A stretch of 64,000 nucleotides of DNA from Elusimicrobiota bacterium (GTDB lineage Bacteria > Elusimicrobiota > Elusimicrobia > UBA1565 > JACRDR01): NCBI GenBank assembly GCA_041694815.1, contig JBGFSC010000026.1, forward strand, positions 27,762 through 91,761, given 5' to 3'. Of the stretch, positions 29,931 through 38,874 are shown one piece after another (the first letter of the stretch is position 1; every line of letters starts with the position of its first letter). The notes beneath the pieces were generated by a model. That model did no database searches and had not been told where the DNA came from. It saw nothing but the letters and a program-made list of their open reading frames with translations. The position numbers and the translations under genes are program-made.

Positions 29931-30677
29931 TTAGGCTTTTACGCCCTTTGAGGGCGTGACTTCGTCGCGCTTCGCGCGACGAAGTTCGAGGTTCAGCCAG
30001 AGCAGCCAAGCCTCAAGATCGGCAAAATCTTCGGCCATAAATTCGGGGGAGGATTTCCGAATCTCTTCCATCTCCCCGAAGCCGCAGGTGACCACCCCTG
30101 TGTGGTACCCCGCCTGCTTGCCGGCGGCCACGTCCTTGTGAGTGTCCCCGATCACGTAGACGTCTCGAGCGGAGACCCGCCTTCCCAAGATTTGAGAGGC
30201 GCGCTGGACGGCCGTGCGCAGCACCTTCACCCGCCGGTAGCCGTCCGAGCCGAAGCCTCCGAAGTGGAAGTGATCGAGCAGGCCCGAGGGCCTGAGCTTG
30301 ATATGCGCGCCTTCCTTAATGTTGCCCGTTCCCAGCCCGATGAGCGCCTTGCGCTCGCGCAAGGCCTTCAAGAAGCGTTTGATGCCGGGAATCAATTCAT
30401 AGCGCCCGTCCGCGACGGCCTTGTCCACATGCCGCGGCAATCGGGCGAGATAGGCCTGCTCGAGCCGCGCCGCTTCCCTCGCGTCCGGCCGCCGCCCGAC
30501 GGCCTTATGGAAGGCCAGGCGGAAATTGTCCTTGTCCGTGCGTCCCGCCAGGGAGAATTCCGAGCAGACCTCGCTCACGCCATGCAGTCGCCGCACCGCC
30601 TCGTTGAGCGCGCGCCGTCCGGCGCCACCCGCTTTCACGAGGGTTCCATCGAGGTCGAATAAAATAACTTTTGCCAT
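29931..30677 (-). CDS. HAD-family hydrolase (phosphoglycolate-phosphatase-like)
   Basis: LFDLDGTL, GRTD, TGN, GGFGSD, IGDT..D. Confidence 0.88.
   Translation of the reverse strand: MAKVILFDLDGTLVKAGGAGRRALNEAVRRLHGVSEVCSEFSLAGRTDKDNFRLAFHKAVGRRPDAREAARLEQAYLARLPRHVDKAVADGRYELIPGIKRFLKALRERKALIGLGTGNIKEGAHIKLRPSGLLDHFHFGGFGSDGYRRVKVLRTAVQRASQILGRRVSARDVYVIGDTHKDVAAGKQAGYHTGVVTCGFGEMEEIRKSSPEFMAEDFADLEAWLLWLNLELRRAKRDEVTPSKGVKA
29937..29993. repeat. REP-like double-hairpin unit (family A), inside the 3' end of the HAD gene
   Basis: ttacgccct-ttg-agggcgtga + acttcgtcgcgc-ttc-gcgcgacgaagt + tcgaggtt; related copies at 38742-38795 and, inverted, 38813-38860. Confidence 0.75.
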
Positions 30678-30791
30678 CAACGGGAGTCAGCGGATGTACG
30701 GACGCTATTGTCTCATATAAGCCAGCAAAGGTGAATAAACACAACTAGAATATTTATCTGACCGAAGGCCCGGTATCTCGAATGAGATGCT

Positions 30792-30824
30792 TTTTTAGCG
30801 CCGCCAAAATGGCGGCGCTAAAAA
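30792..30824. other. Perfect 15-bp-stem hairpin with T/A tails (terminator-like) between divergent genes
   Basis: tttttagcgccgcca-aaa-tggcggcgctaaaaa. Confidence 0.6.
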
Positions 30825-30973
30825 CCCTCATGCCTGTGGCAGGCCCACGAATTAAGCACCTTTAAGGCGCCCATGGTTATCGCCAAATAAGTTAGGTTTT
30901 ATAATCACTAATTTCTTGAGGGAAAACTTACTGCCATTAGGTCTTAGAAGCAGGTATGCTGTAGTATTAGCAT

Positions 30974-32104
30974 ATGAATTGGAACAAACTTAGACACTCC
31001 GCCTTCCCTCTGCTTGTTATTTTTTGGTCATTTCAACCGATTTTCGGCCAAGAGCCTTCCCAGGTTCCGTCTTCCTCAAAGATGCGTCGGGCCATCAACG
31101 CCATCCAGGACGTTCTTTCGACTCATGGATTAAGCCTAGATTCTGCTCGTTCCAAATCGACGCTAACGGGACGGAAAGTCGAGCGCAGTCCAGAACAGAT
31201 ATTTAAATCCGCTAATCCTTCCTCGAACGCAGCTGATGCCATACAGTGGCATTTGCCGTTTGGCTTTAATAAAGCCGCACGTCTTATGCTTTATGCGAGA
31301 ACCTTTGCGAATAGTGACGAAGATGGTATCGACTGTTTTGAGCAGATTGCTAACTGGAAAGTCTCGCCAAAGTTGCGCGGAATATTGCTTGAAATCTTAG
31401 GCTTCGCGGGAAAAGTTGATACCGACGCTGACGCTCGGGACTTCGTTACGGTATTGGCCCGGCGCCAAGCAGAGGAGAATAAGCATGCTCGGCAGACGCA
31501 TCAATCATTGCCGGCCAATCCTTTGCCTGGAGGAGAATATTGGGACCTCGCTTCCGTTAACGCGGCGGATTTAATGAGGCAAGATCTCGACCCCGCCACC
31601 CGATATCGTTTTTTTGACATCTCATTTTTTGTCGTGGAATGTTTAAAAGAAACCGTGCGACATCTAGGTTTGACTAATGTGAGCATTGAGCGGCAGGATA
31701 TCCGGCATCTAGCACCTCCGACGGGCCCATTGGCCGTGATTCGGGCCAAAAATACTGTTAGTTACGTGCCTGATTTTGAGAAGAAGTTGGAGGAAATGGC
31801 CAGCTGGCTGCAGGTCGGCGGTCAACTTATCCTGCAATCGGAAACTGATCCGGATCATCGGGCGATCATTGTAGACTGGCATGCTCCTCTCGCCGAGAAA
31901 TTAATTAGGGATGGCTGGCGCTTCGAATATCAACTTGTAGAGGACGACTCCAGGCTAAAGCGTTTTCCGATTCCGCTCGATACCTTGAAGTTCACCAAAC
32001 CAGGAGTCAATATCGATCGCGCTTCGGTAGCGACGTCACAAGCGCTCTGGCAAAAATATTTAGAACGAATTCAGACCGCAGGAGCCGCTGCCAGGCGCAG
32101 ATAA
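30974..32104 (+). CDS. Secreted hypothetical protein with degenerate class I methyltransferase-like C-terminal half
   Basis: Signal-peptide-like N-terminus; WDLASV, YRFFDIS, NVSIERQDI, WLQVGGQLIL; lower GC than flanks. Confidence 0.55.
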   Translation: MNWNKLRHSAFPLLVIFWSFQPIFGQEPSQVPSSSKMRRAINAIQDVLSTHGLSLDSARSKSTLTGRKVERSPEQIFKSANPSSNAADAIQWHLPFGFNKAARLMLYARTFANSDEDGIDCFEQIANWKVSPKLRGILLEILGFAGKVDTDADARDFVTVLARRQAEENKHARQTHQSLPANPLPGGEYWDLASVNAADLMRQDLDPATRYRFFDISFFVVECLKETVRHLGLTNVSIERQDIRHLAPPTGPLAVIRAKNTVSYVPDFEKKLEEMASWLQVGGQLILQSETDPDHRAIIVDWHAPLAEKLIRDGWRFEYQLVEDDSRLKRFPIPLDTLKFTKPGVNIDRASVATSQALWQKYLERIQTAGAAARRR

Positions 32105-32832
32105 GAAAAAAACTCCACATTGCCCTTGGCCCCCGTGACGGGCGATGACATCACTCCCTCTTCGCGCAATCCGAGCTTGCGGGCCGCCTCGAGCACCTTC
32201 TCGACGGCTTCCCGCCGGTGGCGCTCGTCGCGGACTATGCCCTTCGGGGTTTTCTTGGGCTCCAGCTCGAATTGCGGCTTGATCAGCAGCAGGAGCTCGG
32301 CCGGCGCGGCCAGGCAGGAGACGAGCGGGGCGAGAATTTTCGTCAGCGAGATGAAGGAGACGTCGGCGACTGCCAGATCGGGCGCCGGATCGAACAGTCC
32401 GGGACGGAGTTCCTTGGCGTGGAATTTTTCGAGCAGCGAGACGCGGGGGTCCTTCTTCAGGGATTCGTCGAATTGGCCGTAGCCGACGTCGACGGCGTAG
32501 ACGCGCCTGGTTCCGCGCTGGAGCAGGCAGTCGGTGAAGCCCCCCGTCGAGGCGCCGACGTCGAGCGCGACGCGGCCCCCAGGATCGACGCCGAAATGAT
32601 CCAGCGCCGCGGCGAGCTTAAGCCCCCCGCGCGAGACGAAGGGCGAGGCCTCGGGCAGCACCTCGATATCGGCGTCGACGGGCAGCTCCAGGCCGGCCTT
32701 GGGCGAAGCGACGCCGAGAACGCGGACCTTGCCGGCCATGAGGGCCGCCTGCGCCTTGGCCCTGGTGGGGAAAAGCCCGCGGGAGACCAGGAGACGGTCG
32801 AGCCGCTCCTTAGCCGAGCGCTGCCTGGCCAT
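32071..32832 (-). CDS. tlyA: TlyA-family rRNA 2'-O-methyltransferase
   Basis: RLDRLLV S4 domain, FVSRGGLKL, DVGASTGGFTD, DVSFISL, IKPQFE, GNVEF. Confidence 0.95.
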   Translation of the reverse strand: MARQRSAKERLDRLLVSRGLFPTRAKAQAALMAGKVRVLGVASPKAGLELPVDADIEVLPEASPFVSRGGLKLAAALDHFGVDPGGRVALDVGASTGGFTDCLLQRGTRRVYAVDVGYGQFDESLKKDPRVSLLEKFHAKELRPGLFDPAPDLAVADVSFISLTKILAPLVSCLAAPAELLLLIKPQFELEPKKTPKGIVRDERHRREAVEKVLEAARKLGLREEGVMSSPVTGAKGNVEFFSYLRLAAAPAV

Positions 32833-33091
32833 CGAGCTCGGCCAGGGGGCGGGCTCGGATCTTGTCCTTGCCTTCCTTGGTGAGCACCTCGACGCGATGC
32901 CGCGCGTCCTCGAGCTTCTGGGTCAGGGCGCGCGAGAGCGCGACGGCGTCCTCGAAGAGCTTGAGGGAAAGCTCCAAGCCCTTCTCGCCGGACTCCAGCT
33001 GGGCGACGATCTCCTCGAGGCGCTCGAGCGATTCCTCAAAGCTTTCCTTCGTGGCGCTGGAGGGCGCGGCTACGGCCTTCTTAGTTGTCAT
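32810..33091 (-). CDS. xseB: Exodeoxyribonuclease VII small subunit
   Basis: SFEESLERLEEIVAQLESG..LE.SLKLFE; follows xseA. Confidence 0.93.
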   Translation of the reverse strand: MTTKKAVAAPSSATKESFEESLERLEEIVAQLESGEKGLELSLKLFEDAVALSRALTQKLEDARHRVEVLTKEGKDKIRARPLAELDGQAALG

Positions 33092-34397
33092 CGGTTTTCA
33101 AGACCTCCGCTGTGAACGCCCCTTCGTGCAATCGCACCCGGACCCGGTCCCTGGGGGAGAGCTGCGCCGAGGACTTGATGGCCCGGCCGTCCTCGCCGAA
33201 GGCGATCGAATAGCCTCTCGCCAGGCAGGCGAGCGGGCTTAAGGCGTTGAGTTTTTGGATCTGCAATTGGGCCGAGGCCTCGGCTTGCCGCAGAAGCCCT
33301 AGGGCAGCGGGCCGCAGGCGACGCGATGCGTCCTGGAAGCGTCGGGCCGACTCTTGAAGAGCCCGCCCGGGCCCCGCCAGCACCCTCGCGGTGAGCTCGT
33401 CGACGCGCCGCGCGCGCTCGTCGACGATGCGCTCGGGCCGCAGCAAGAACGGGCTGCTCTGGTGATGCCGCAGGGTCTCCGACAGCCGGGCTAGAAGCCC
33501 CTGCATGGCCGCGGGCAGGCGCTGCTCGTTCTCGCCCAGCCGTTCGAGCACCTCCCGCTTCTCGCGCACGACCAGCTCGGCGGCGGCCGAGGGGGTCGGG
33601 GCGCGCAGGTCGGAGACGAAATCCGCGATGGTGAAATCCGTCTCGTGCCCGACGCAGGAGATGACCGGGATGCGCGAGGTGGCGATGGCGCGGGCCACGA
33701 TCTCCTCGTTGAAGGCCCAGAGGTCCTCGAGCGAGCCGCCGCCGCGGCCGACCAGCAGCACGTCGGTGTCGGGCAGCAGATCGTTGAAATCCTTGATGGC
33801 CCCGGCGATCTGCTCCGCCGCGCCGCTGCCCTGCACCAGCACGGGATAGATGCGGATATGCAGCCCGTCAAAGCGCCTGCCCAGGATATGGAGCATGTCG
33901 CGCACGGCCGCGCCTTGCAGCGAGGTGACGATGCCGATGCGCTCGGGGAAAGCGGGGATGGGCCGCTTGCGCCCCTGGGCGAAGAGACCCTCCTTTTCGA
34001 GCTTCGCCTTGAGCTGCTCGAAAGCCAATTGCAGGGCCCCTTGCGCCTTGGGCGTGATCTGGGAAACGATGAACTGGATCTGGCCCCGCTTCTGGTAGGT
34101 CGAGACGCGCCCGCGGGCGAGCACGAGCAGCCCGTGCTCGAGCTTGAAGCGGACCGCCGCGGCGTCGCCCTTAAACAGCACGGCCGCGATCTGGGAATCG
34201 GCGTCCTTTAACGTGAAATAGGTGTGCCCGGAGGGAAAGGTCTTCGGGTCCGATATCTCGCCCTCCACCCAGAGATCCGTGAACTGGGCCTCGAGCCGGT
34301 CATGGATGAGCCGGTTGAGCTGCGAGATGCTGATGGCTATGTCACTCGCCTCCCCCGCGGGGAGGCGAGTAGGCGAGGGGGGCAGAATGTTCTTCAT
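33081..34397 (-). CDS. xseA: Exodeoxyribonuclease VII large subunit
   Basis: WVEGEIS, SGHTYFTLKD, RGGGSLEDLWAFN, GHETD, PTPSAAAE, LARGYS. Confidence 0.96.
   Translation of the reverse strand: MKNILPPSPTRLPAGEASDIAISISQLNRLIHDRLEAQFTDLWVEGEISDPKTFPSGHTYFTLKDADSQIAAVLFKGDAAAVRFKLEHGLLVLARGRVSTYQKRGQIQFIVSQITPKAQGALQLAFEQLKAKLEKEGLFAQGRKRPIPAFPERIGIVTSLQGAAVRDMLHILGRRFDGLHIRIYPVLVQGSGAAEQIAGAIKDFNDLLPDTDVLLVGRGGGSLEDLWAFNEEIVARAIATSRIPVISCVGHETDFTIADFVSDLRAPTPSAAAELVVREKREVLERLGENEQRLPAAMQGLLARLSETLRHHQSSPFLLRPERIVDERARRVDELTARVLAGPGRALQESARRFQDASRRLRPAALGLLRQAEASAQLQIQKLNALSPLACLARGYSIAFGEDGRAIKSSAQLSPRDRVRVRLHEGAFTAEVLKTDDN
34339..34381. repeat. Palindromic repeat (family B) copy 1, translated in frame in the xseA N-terminus
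   Basis: actcgcctcccc-cgc-ggggaggcgagt; 40/43 identical to 36026-36068. Confidence 0.85.
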
Positions 34398-35731
34398 CGA
34401 GTTTTTTGTTTCTCCGAATGTCGTTGCGCGCCCCGCAGCGCGCGCAGGCGTTCGGCCAGGCGCGCCTCGTCTCCCTGATCGGTGGGCTCGTAGAAGCGCA
34501 TGGGATCGGGCATGTATTCCTGCGTTACATAATGATCCGGGAAATCGTGCGGGGTGCGGTAGCCCTCGCCGTGGCCTCGGCTCTTGCGGTCGCCGGAGGC
34601 GTCGCGCAGGTGCAGCGGCACCTCGCGGGAGCGCCCGCGCTGGGCCTCGCCTAAGGCCTTGTCAACGGCGAGATAGGCCGCGTTGGACTTGGGGGCGCAG
34701 GCGACGTAGATCGCCGCCTGCGCCAGCGGGATGCGACCCTCAGGCATGCCGAGGAACTCGACGGCTGCCGCGGCCGCCGAGGCGACGAGCAGCGCGCGGA
34801 AATCCGCGTTTCCCACGTCCTCGGAGGCGCAGATGAGTATGCGCCGGGCGATGAAGCGCGGGTCCTCGCCGGCCGCGATCATCTTGGCCATCCAGTAGAC
34901 GGCGGCGTCGGGGTCCGATCCCCGCATCGACTTGATGAAGGCCGAGATATGGTCGTAGTGATCGTCCGACTTGCGGTCGTAGCGGATGGCGCGGCGCTGT
35001 ATGGATTGCTCCGCGACGGCAAGCGTGATATGGCGCTTGCCGTCCATCTCGAGCGGGGTTGTCAAGGCCGCCAGCTCCAGCGCGTTGAGCAGCTTCCTGG
35101 CGTCGCCCCCGGCCATGCGGACGAGATGCTCCTTCGCCTCGGGCTCGATCTCGAGATGGAGCCGGCCGAGGCCGCGCTCCCCGTCGGAGGCGGCGCGAGC
35201 CAGGATCGACTCCAGATGCCGATCCTCGAGCGGCTTGAACTCGAAGGCCGTAAAGCGCGACAGCAGCGCCGCGTTGACGTAGAAAGAGGGATTCTCGGTG
35301 GTCAGGCCGATGAGCAGCACGTCTCCGCGCTCGACGGCGGGCAAGAGCACGTCCTGCTGGGTGCGGTTGAAATGGTGTATCTCGTCGACGAGAAGCAGGG
35401 TCCGGCGCCCGTGCTGCTGGAGGGAGAACTTCGCCGACTCGAGGGCCTTTTTTAAGTCCGCGACTCCGGCGGCCACGGCGTTGATTTCGACGACCTGGGC
35501 GTTGGAGCGCGCGGCGATCATGCGCGCCAAGGCCGTCTTGCCCGATCCCGGGGGGCCGAAGAAGAGGGCCGAGGCAAAGCGCTGGGCCGAGATCAGCCGG
35601 TGCAGCAGCTTGCCCGGCCCCAGCAGATGCTCCTGCCCGGCGAAATCCTCGAGGCGGGCGGGCGCCATGCGGGCGGCGAGCGGCCGGCTTTGCTCCGGCA
35701 GCTCGCCGGAGCCGAAGAGCTCTTCGGGCAT
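34394..35731 (-). CDS. rarA: Replication-associated recombination protein A (RarA/MgsA)
   Basis: PLAARM, GPPGSGKT, DEIH, TENPSF, SAFIKSMRGSDPDAA, SEDVGNAD, PKSN. Confidence 0.95.
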   Translation of the reverse strand: MPEELFGSGELPEQSRPLAARMAPARLEDFAGQEHLLGPGKLLHRLISAQRFASALFFGPPGSGKTALARMIAARSNAQVVEINAVAAGVADLKKALESAKFSLQQHGRRTLLLVDEIHHFNRTQQDVLLPAVERGDVLLIGLTTENPSFYVNAALLSRFTAFEFKPLEDRHLESILARAASDGERGLGRLHLEIEPEAKEHLVRMAGGDARKLLNALELAALTTPLEMDGKRHITLAVAEQSIQRRAIRYDRKSDDHYDHISAFIKSMRGSDPDAAVYWMAKMIAAGEDPRFIARRILICASEDVGNADFRALLVASAAAAAVEFLGMPEGRIPLAQAAIYVACAPKSNAAYLAVDKALGEAQRGRSREVPLHLRDASGDRKSRGHGEGYRTPHDFPDHYVTQEYMPDPMRFYEPTDQGDEARLAERLRALRGAQRHSEKQKTR

Positions 35732-36027
35732 CAGCGTGAGGAGTCGAGCGCGCGCTGGAGCTCCGAGCTAAGCTCCTCGAGCTTGCGGTCTTCGGCCAAT
35801 CGGAGATTTTCCTGCTGCTGCTTGAGCTTCCAAAACTCCGCGCCGAAGGCCATGGCGGTGAGCAGCGCCAGCTTGGAGGTGTCGGGCGACTCCGACTCGC
35901 GCTCGATCTCGGCCATCTTATCGGAGACGGCCTGGGCGAGGGAGTGCACCTCGAGCTGGGTCATGCCCTCGATCTCGACGGTGATCTTCCGGCGGCGGAT
36001 CTCGATCTCGAACTTCTCGTTGATCAT
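35731..36027 (-). CDS. zapA: Cell division protein ZapA
   Basis: 98 aa, beta-beta-helix then coiled coil (DTSKLALLTA); downstream of pheT. Confidence 0.75.
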   Translation of the reverse strand: MINEKFEIEIRRRKITVEIEGMTQLEVHSLAQAVSDKMAEIERESESPDTSKLALLTAMAFGAEFWKLKQQQENLRLAEDRKLEELSSELQRALDSSR

Positions 36028-36068
36028 GTCACTTGCCTCCCCCGCGGGGAGGCAAGTAGCCGAGGGGG
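36026..36068. repeat. Palindromic repeat (family B) copy 2, immediately upstream of zapA
   Basis: acttgcctcccc-cgc-ggggaggcaagt; carries GGAGG 8 nt before the zapA ATG. Confidence 0.85.
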
Positions 36069-36079
36069 CTCGCCTGTTT

Positions 36080-36313
36080 TCATGAGGTTACCTTATCTAA
36101 TTTTTGAAGCATCCGCTCCAGCCGCGTCTTGATCCTCTCCTGCTTGCTCCCGAGGGCGTGGAGGCGCTTTAGCTGCGCCTGGAGCCGGGCGTTCTCCTCG
36201 CGCAGCTCGTCGGCCTCCGCCCGCAGCCTCTGATTGTCTTCGGCGAGCTTGCGCAGGCGGCGCACGGCCTCCTGCACCAGCGCCTCCAAGTGCTTTAAGC
36301 GCGCGTGTTGCAT
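36080..36313 (-). CDS. Short coiled-coil protein (ZapB-like)
   Basis: ATG 36313; heptad-rich; between pheT and zapA. Confidence 0.65.
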   Translation of the reverse strand: MQHARLKHLEALVQEAVRRLRKLAEDNQRLRAEADELREENARLQAQLKRLHALGSKQERIKTRLERMLQKLDKVTS

Positions 36314-36315
36314 CT

Positions 36316-38709
36316 TTAACCCCGAAGCTCCGCCTGGCATTCGCGGCCGAGGCGCTCTAAGGCCTCGGCCACGGAGCCCTGCACTTGCTCGTCGCGCAGC
36401 GTGCGCTCGATCGTCCCTAGGCTCAGGCGCAGGGTCAGGCCGGCTTTTCCCGCGGGCAGGCCCAGCACCTTGGCCTTGGCCCCGTGGATGCGCTCGACGA
36501 GCTGCAGGTCGAGCAGGAAGGGAAGGCCGCGCAGGCAGCCCTCGACGGAGCCGTACGGCAGCTCTTCGGGAACGAGGATGGAAAGGTCCCGCGTGACGGT
36601 GGGGAAGGCGGAGAACGGCTTAAATTTCGGAGAGGGCACGGGCTGCGCCGCCAAGGCGTCGAGCTGCACGACGAAAGCGGCGCTTCCGTCGGGCAGGTCC
36701 CAGCGGGCCGCCACGTCCGGGTGCAGGAGCCCCGCCACGGCGAGGGGGCCGTGGGGCCCGAAGGCGGATAGAGTCGCCTTCGGATGAAAGAGCGCCTCGC
36801 CGGGCGCCTGCCGCCAGGAGAGAGGGACTCCCTCCAAGAGGCTCAGGAGGGCGCCCTTGGCCTCGAAGAAATGGTTTGAGGACGATGGCTGCCGCTGGGT
36901 CCAGTCCGCCCGCGCGGGCAGCCGCCCGGCTAAAATTGCGGCCAGCGCCGCGCGCTCGTGCACGTCCTTTTTCCCGGGTGAATACACCCGGCCGACCTCG
37001 AAGAGCCGAAGCCCCGCGGCGTCCCGGCGGAAATTGTACGAGGCGCTCTTGAGCAGGCCCGGCAGCAGGCTCGGCCGCAGATGCGCCCAGTCCGCCGACA
37101 GCGGGTTGAGCACGTCGACGGTCGAGCCGGGCTCCAACCCGGAAATGGAGAGCTCCTTGTCGGAGATGAAATCGTAGTTGTAGGCCTCTAGGAAGCCCAG
37201 GGCCGCCAGGCGCTCGCGCAGGCGCCGCGTCCATTCGACGCAAGGGTCCTTCTTCGGGCGCTGCAGCCTGACCGGCGCGGCCTCCGAGCCGATCGAATCG
37301 TAGCCGAGATGCCGCCCCACCTCCTCGGCGAGGTCCCAGCGCGTGCGCAGGTCCAGGCGGTGGGTGGGAGGGGTGAAGGAAAAGGATTGGGGCCCCCCCG
37401 TCCAGTGGGCGGCGATGGAGCGCAGCAGCCGTTCGATCTTCTGCGAGGAGTGCTCGGTGCCGAGGATGCGGTTGATCGCCTGCGGCGAGACCTCGATCGG
37501 CGCGGGCTCGGAGGGCTCAGGATAAACGTCGACCGGCGCGAACTCGCGCGGGCGGCCGCAAAGCTCCCGGATAAGCGCCGCGGCGCGGGCGGAGGCCAGG
37601 GCCGCCATCTCGGGGGAGGTCCCCCGCTCGAAGCGGTAGGAGGAATCGCTGCGCAGGCGCAGGCGTTGCGAGCTGCGGCGCACCAGGGCGGGCGCGAAAT
37701 GGGCGGCTTCCAGGAAGACGGATCGTGTCCTCTCGGTGACCCCCGTCTCGGCGCCGCCCATGATGCCGGCGATGGCGACGGGGCGTGAGGCGTCCGCGAT
37801 AACTAAGTCCTCGCTGGAGAGGGAATAGTTCTTGCCGTCGAGAGCGGCAATCGACTCGCCCGGGCGGGCCATGCGCACGCGGAGCTTCTCCCCTACGAGC
37901 TTATCGGCGTCGAAGGCGTGCAGCGGGTGCCCATACTCCAGCAGCACGTAATTGGTGATGTCGACGACATTGTTGATCGGCCGCAAACCAGCCAGTTCGA
38001 GGCGGCGGGCCAGCCAGGCGGCAGACGGGCCGACCCGGACCTCCGTGAAGGACCGTCCCAGGTAGCGGCCGCAGGCCCCCTTAGCCTCGATCGACGCGCC
38101 CAGGGCTCCCGGGGGTCCGGCGGGCGTCGGAGCCGCGGACGGCGGCGGCAGTGGGGACATGAAATAGATCGCCAGTTCCCTGGCCAGCCCGTAATGCGAG
38201 AGGCAGTCGGGACGGTTGGGGGTGACCTCGACCTCGAGCACGCGGTCACCCTCGCCGAGCAGGGAGGAGGCGTCCTTGCCGAGCGGGGTATCGGGGGACA
38301 GCACGTGGATGCCGTCGCCGTTGGCTTCCGCGATCCCCAGCTCCGCCGCCGAACAGATCATGCCTTCCGACTCGGTCCCGCGGATCTTGCTGCGGGTGAT
38401 GACCTTGCCGCCGGGGAGCTTGGCGCCCACCAAGGCCAGGGGGACGCGCTGCCCCACCGCGATGTTCTTGGCGCCGCAGACCACGCGGAACTTGTCGGTA
38501 CCGTTGGTCAGCGAACAAAGCGACAGCCGGTCCGCGTTGGGGTGCTTCTCGATCTCGAGTATCTCGGCCACCACCACTCCGGAGAACTCGGGGCCGACCG
38601 CGCGCGTCTCGGAGACCTCGAATCCCAGAAGAAACAGGTGCTCGGCCAGGGCCTCGGGGCCGATAGGCACGGGCAGGAACTCGCAGAGCCACTTGTATGA
38701 AATTTTCAT
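36316..38709 (-). CDS. pheT: Phenylalanine--tRNA ligase beta subunit
   Basis: KHPNADRL, VVCGA.N, TPNRPDCLS, INNVVDITNY, RFERG, RDLS. Confidence 0.97.
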   Translation of the reverse strand: MKISYKWLCEFLPVPIGPEALAEHLFLLGFEVSETRAVGPEFSGVVVAEILEIEKHPNADRLSLCSLTNGTDKFRVVCGAKNIAVGQRVPLALVGAKLPGGKVITRSKIRGTESEGMICSAAELGIAEANGDGIHVLSPDTPLGKDASSLLGEGDRVLEVEVTPNRPDCLSHYGLARELAIYFMSPLPPPSAAPTPAGPPGALGASIEAKGACGRYLGRSFTEVRVGPSAAWLARRLELAGLRPINNVVDITNYVLLEYGHPLHAFDADKLVGEKLRVRMARPGESIAALDGKNYSLSSEDLVIADASRPVAIAGIMGGAETGVTERTRSVFLEAAHFAPALVRRSSQRLRLRSDSSYRFERGTSPEMAALASARAAALIRELCGRPREFAPVDVYPEPSEPAPIEVSPQAINRILGTEHSSQKIERLLRSIAAHWTGGPQSFSFTPPTHRLDLRTRWDLAEEVGRHLGYDSIGSEAAPVRLQRPKKDPCVEWTRRLRERLAALGFLEAYNYDFISDKELSISGLEPGSTVDVLNPLSADWAHLRPSLLPGLLKSASYNFRRDAAGLRLFEVGRVYSPGKKDVHERAALAAILAGRLPARADWTQRQPSSSNHFFEAKGALLSLLEGVPLSWRQAPGEALFHPKATLSAFGPHGPLAVAGLLHPDVAARWDLPDGSAAFVVQLDALAAQPVPSPKFKPFSAFPTVTRDLSILVPEELPYGSVEGCLRGLPFLLDLQLVERIHGAKAKVLGLPAGKAGLTLRLSLGTIERTLRDEQVQGSVAEALERLGRECQAELRG

Positions 38710-38872
38710 TGAACGACAATTTTTATGCTTGGGAATGGATATTTACGCGCCTCGGGCGCGTGACTCGTCGCGCTTCGCGCGACGAGTTCGAGGTTTCTCG
38801 CGAGTATTCCGCGCTTGGCCGCGCAAGCGCGGCCAAGCCACGCGCTCAAAGCGCGTAAAAGTTGTCGTTCAA
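38709..38872. repeat. 164-bp MITE/REP-doublet-like element filling the pheS-pheT gap
   Basis: 17-bp terminal inverted repeats ttgaacgacaattttta / taaaagttgtcgttcaa (1 mismatch) enclosing two inverted family-A units. Confidence 0.7.
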
Positions 38873-38874
38873 GC

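Noticed and set aside
32810..32832. Absence of ispA/dxs between xseB and tlyA (and of ybaB between dnaX and recR)
   Set aside because: Ordinary gene-order variation; no remnants visible.
35700..35731. 6S RNA downstream of zapA
   Set aside because: zapA stop overlaps the rarA start; no room.
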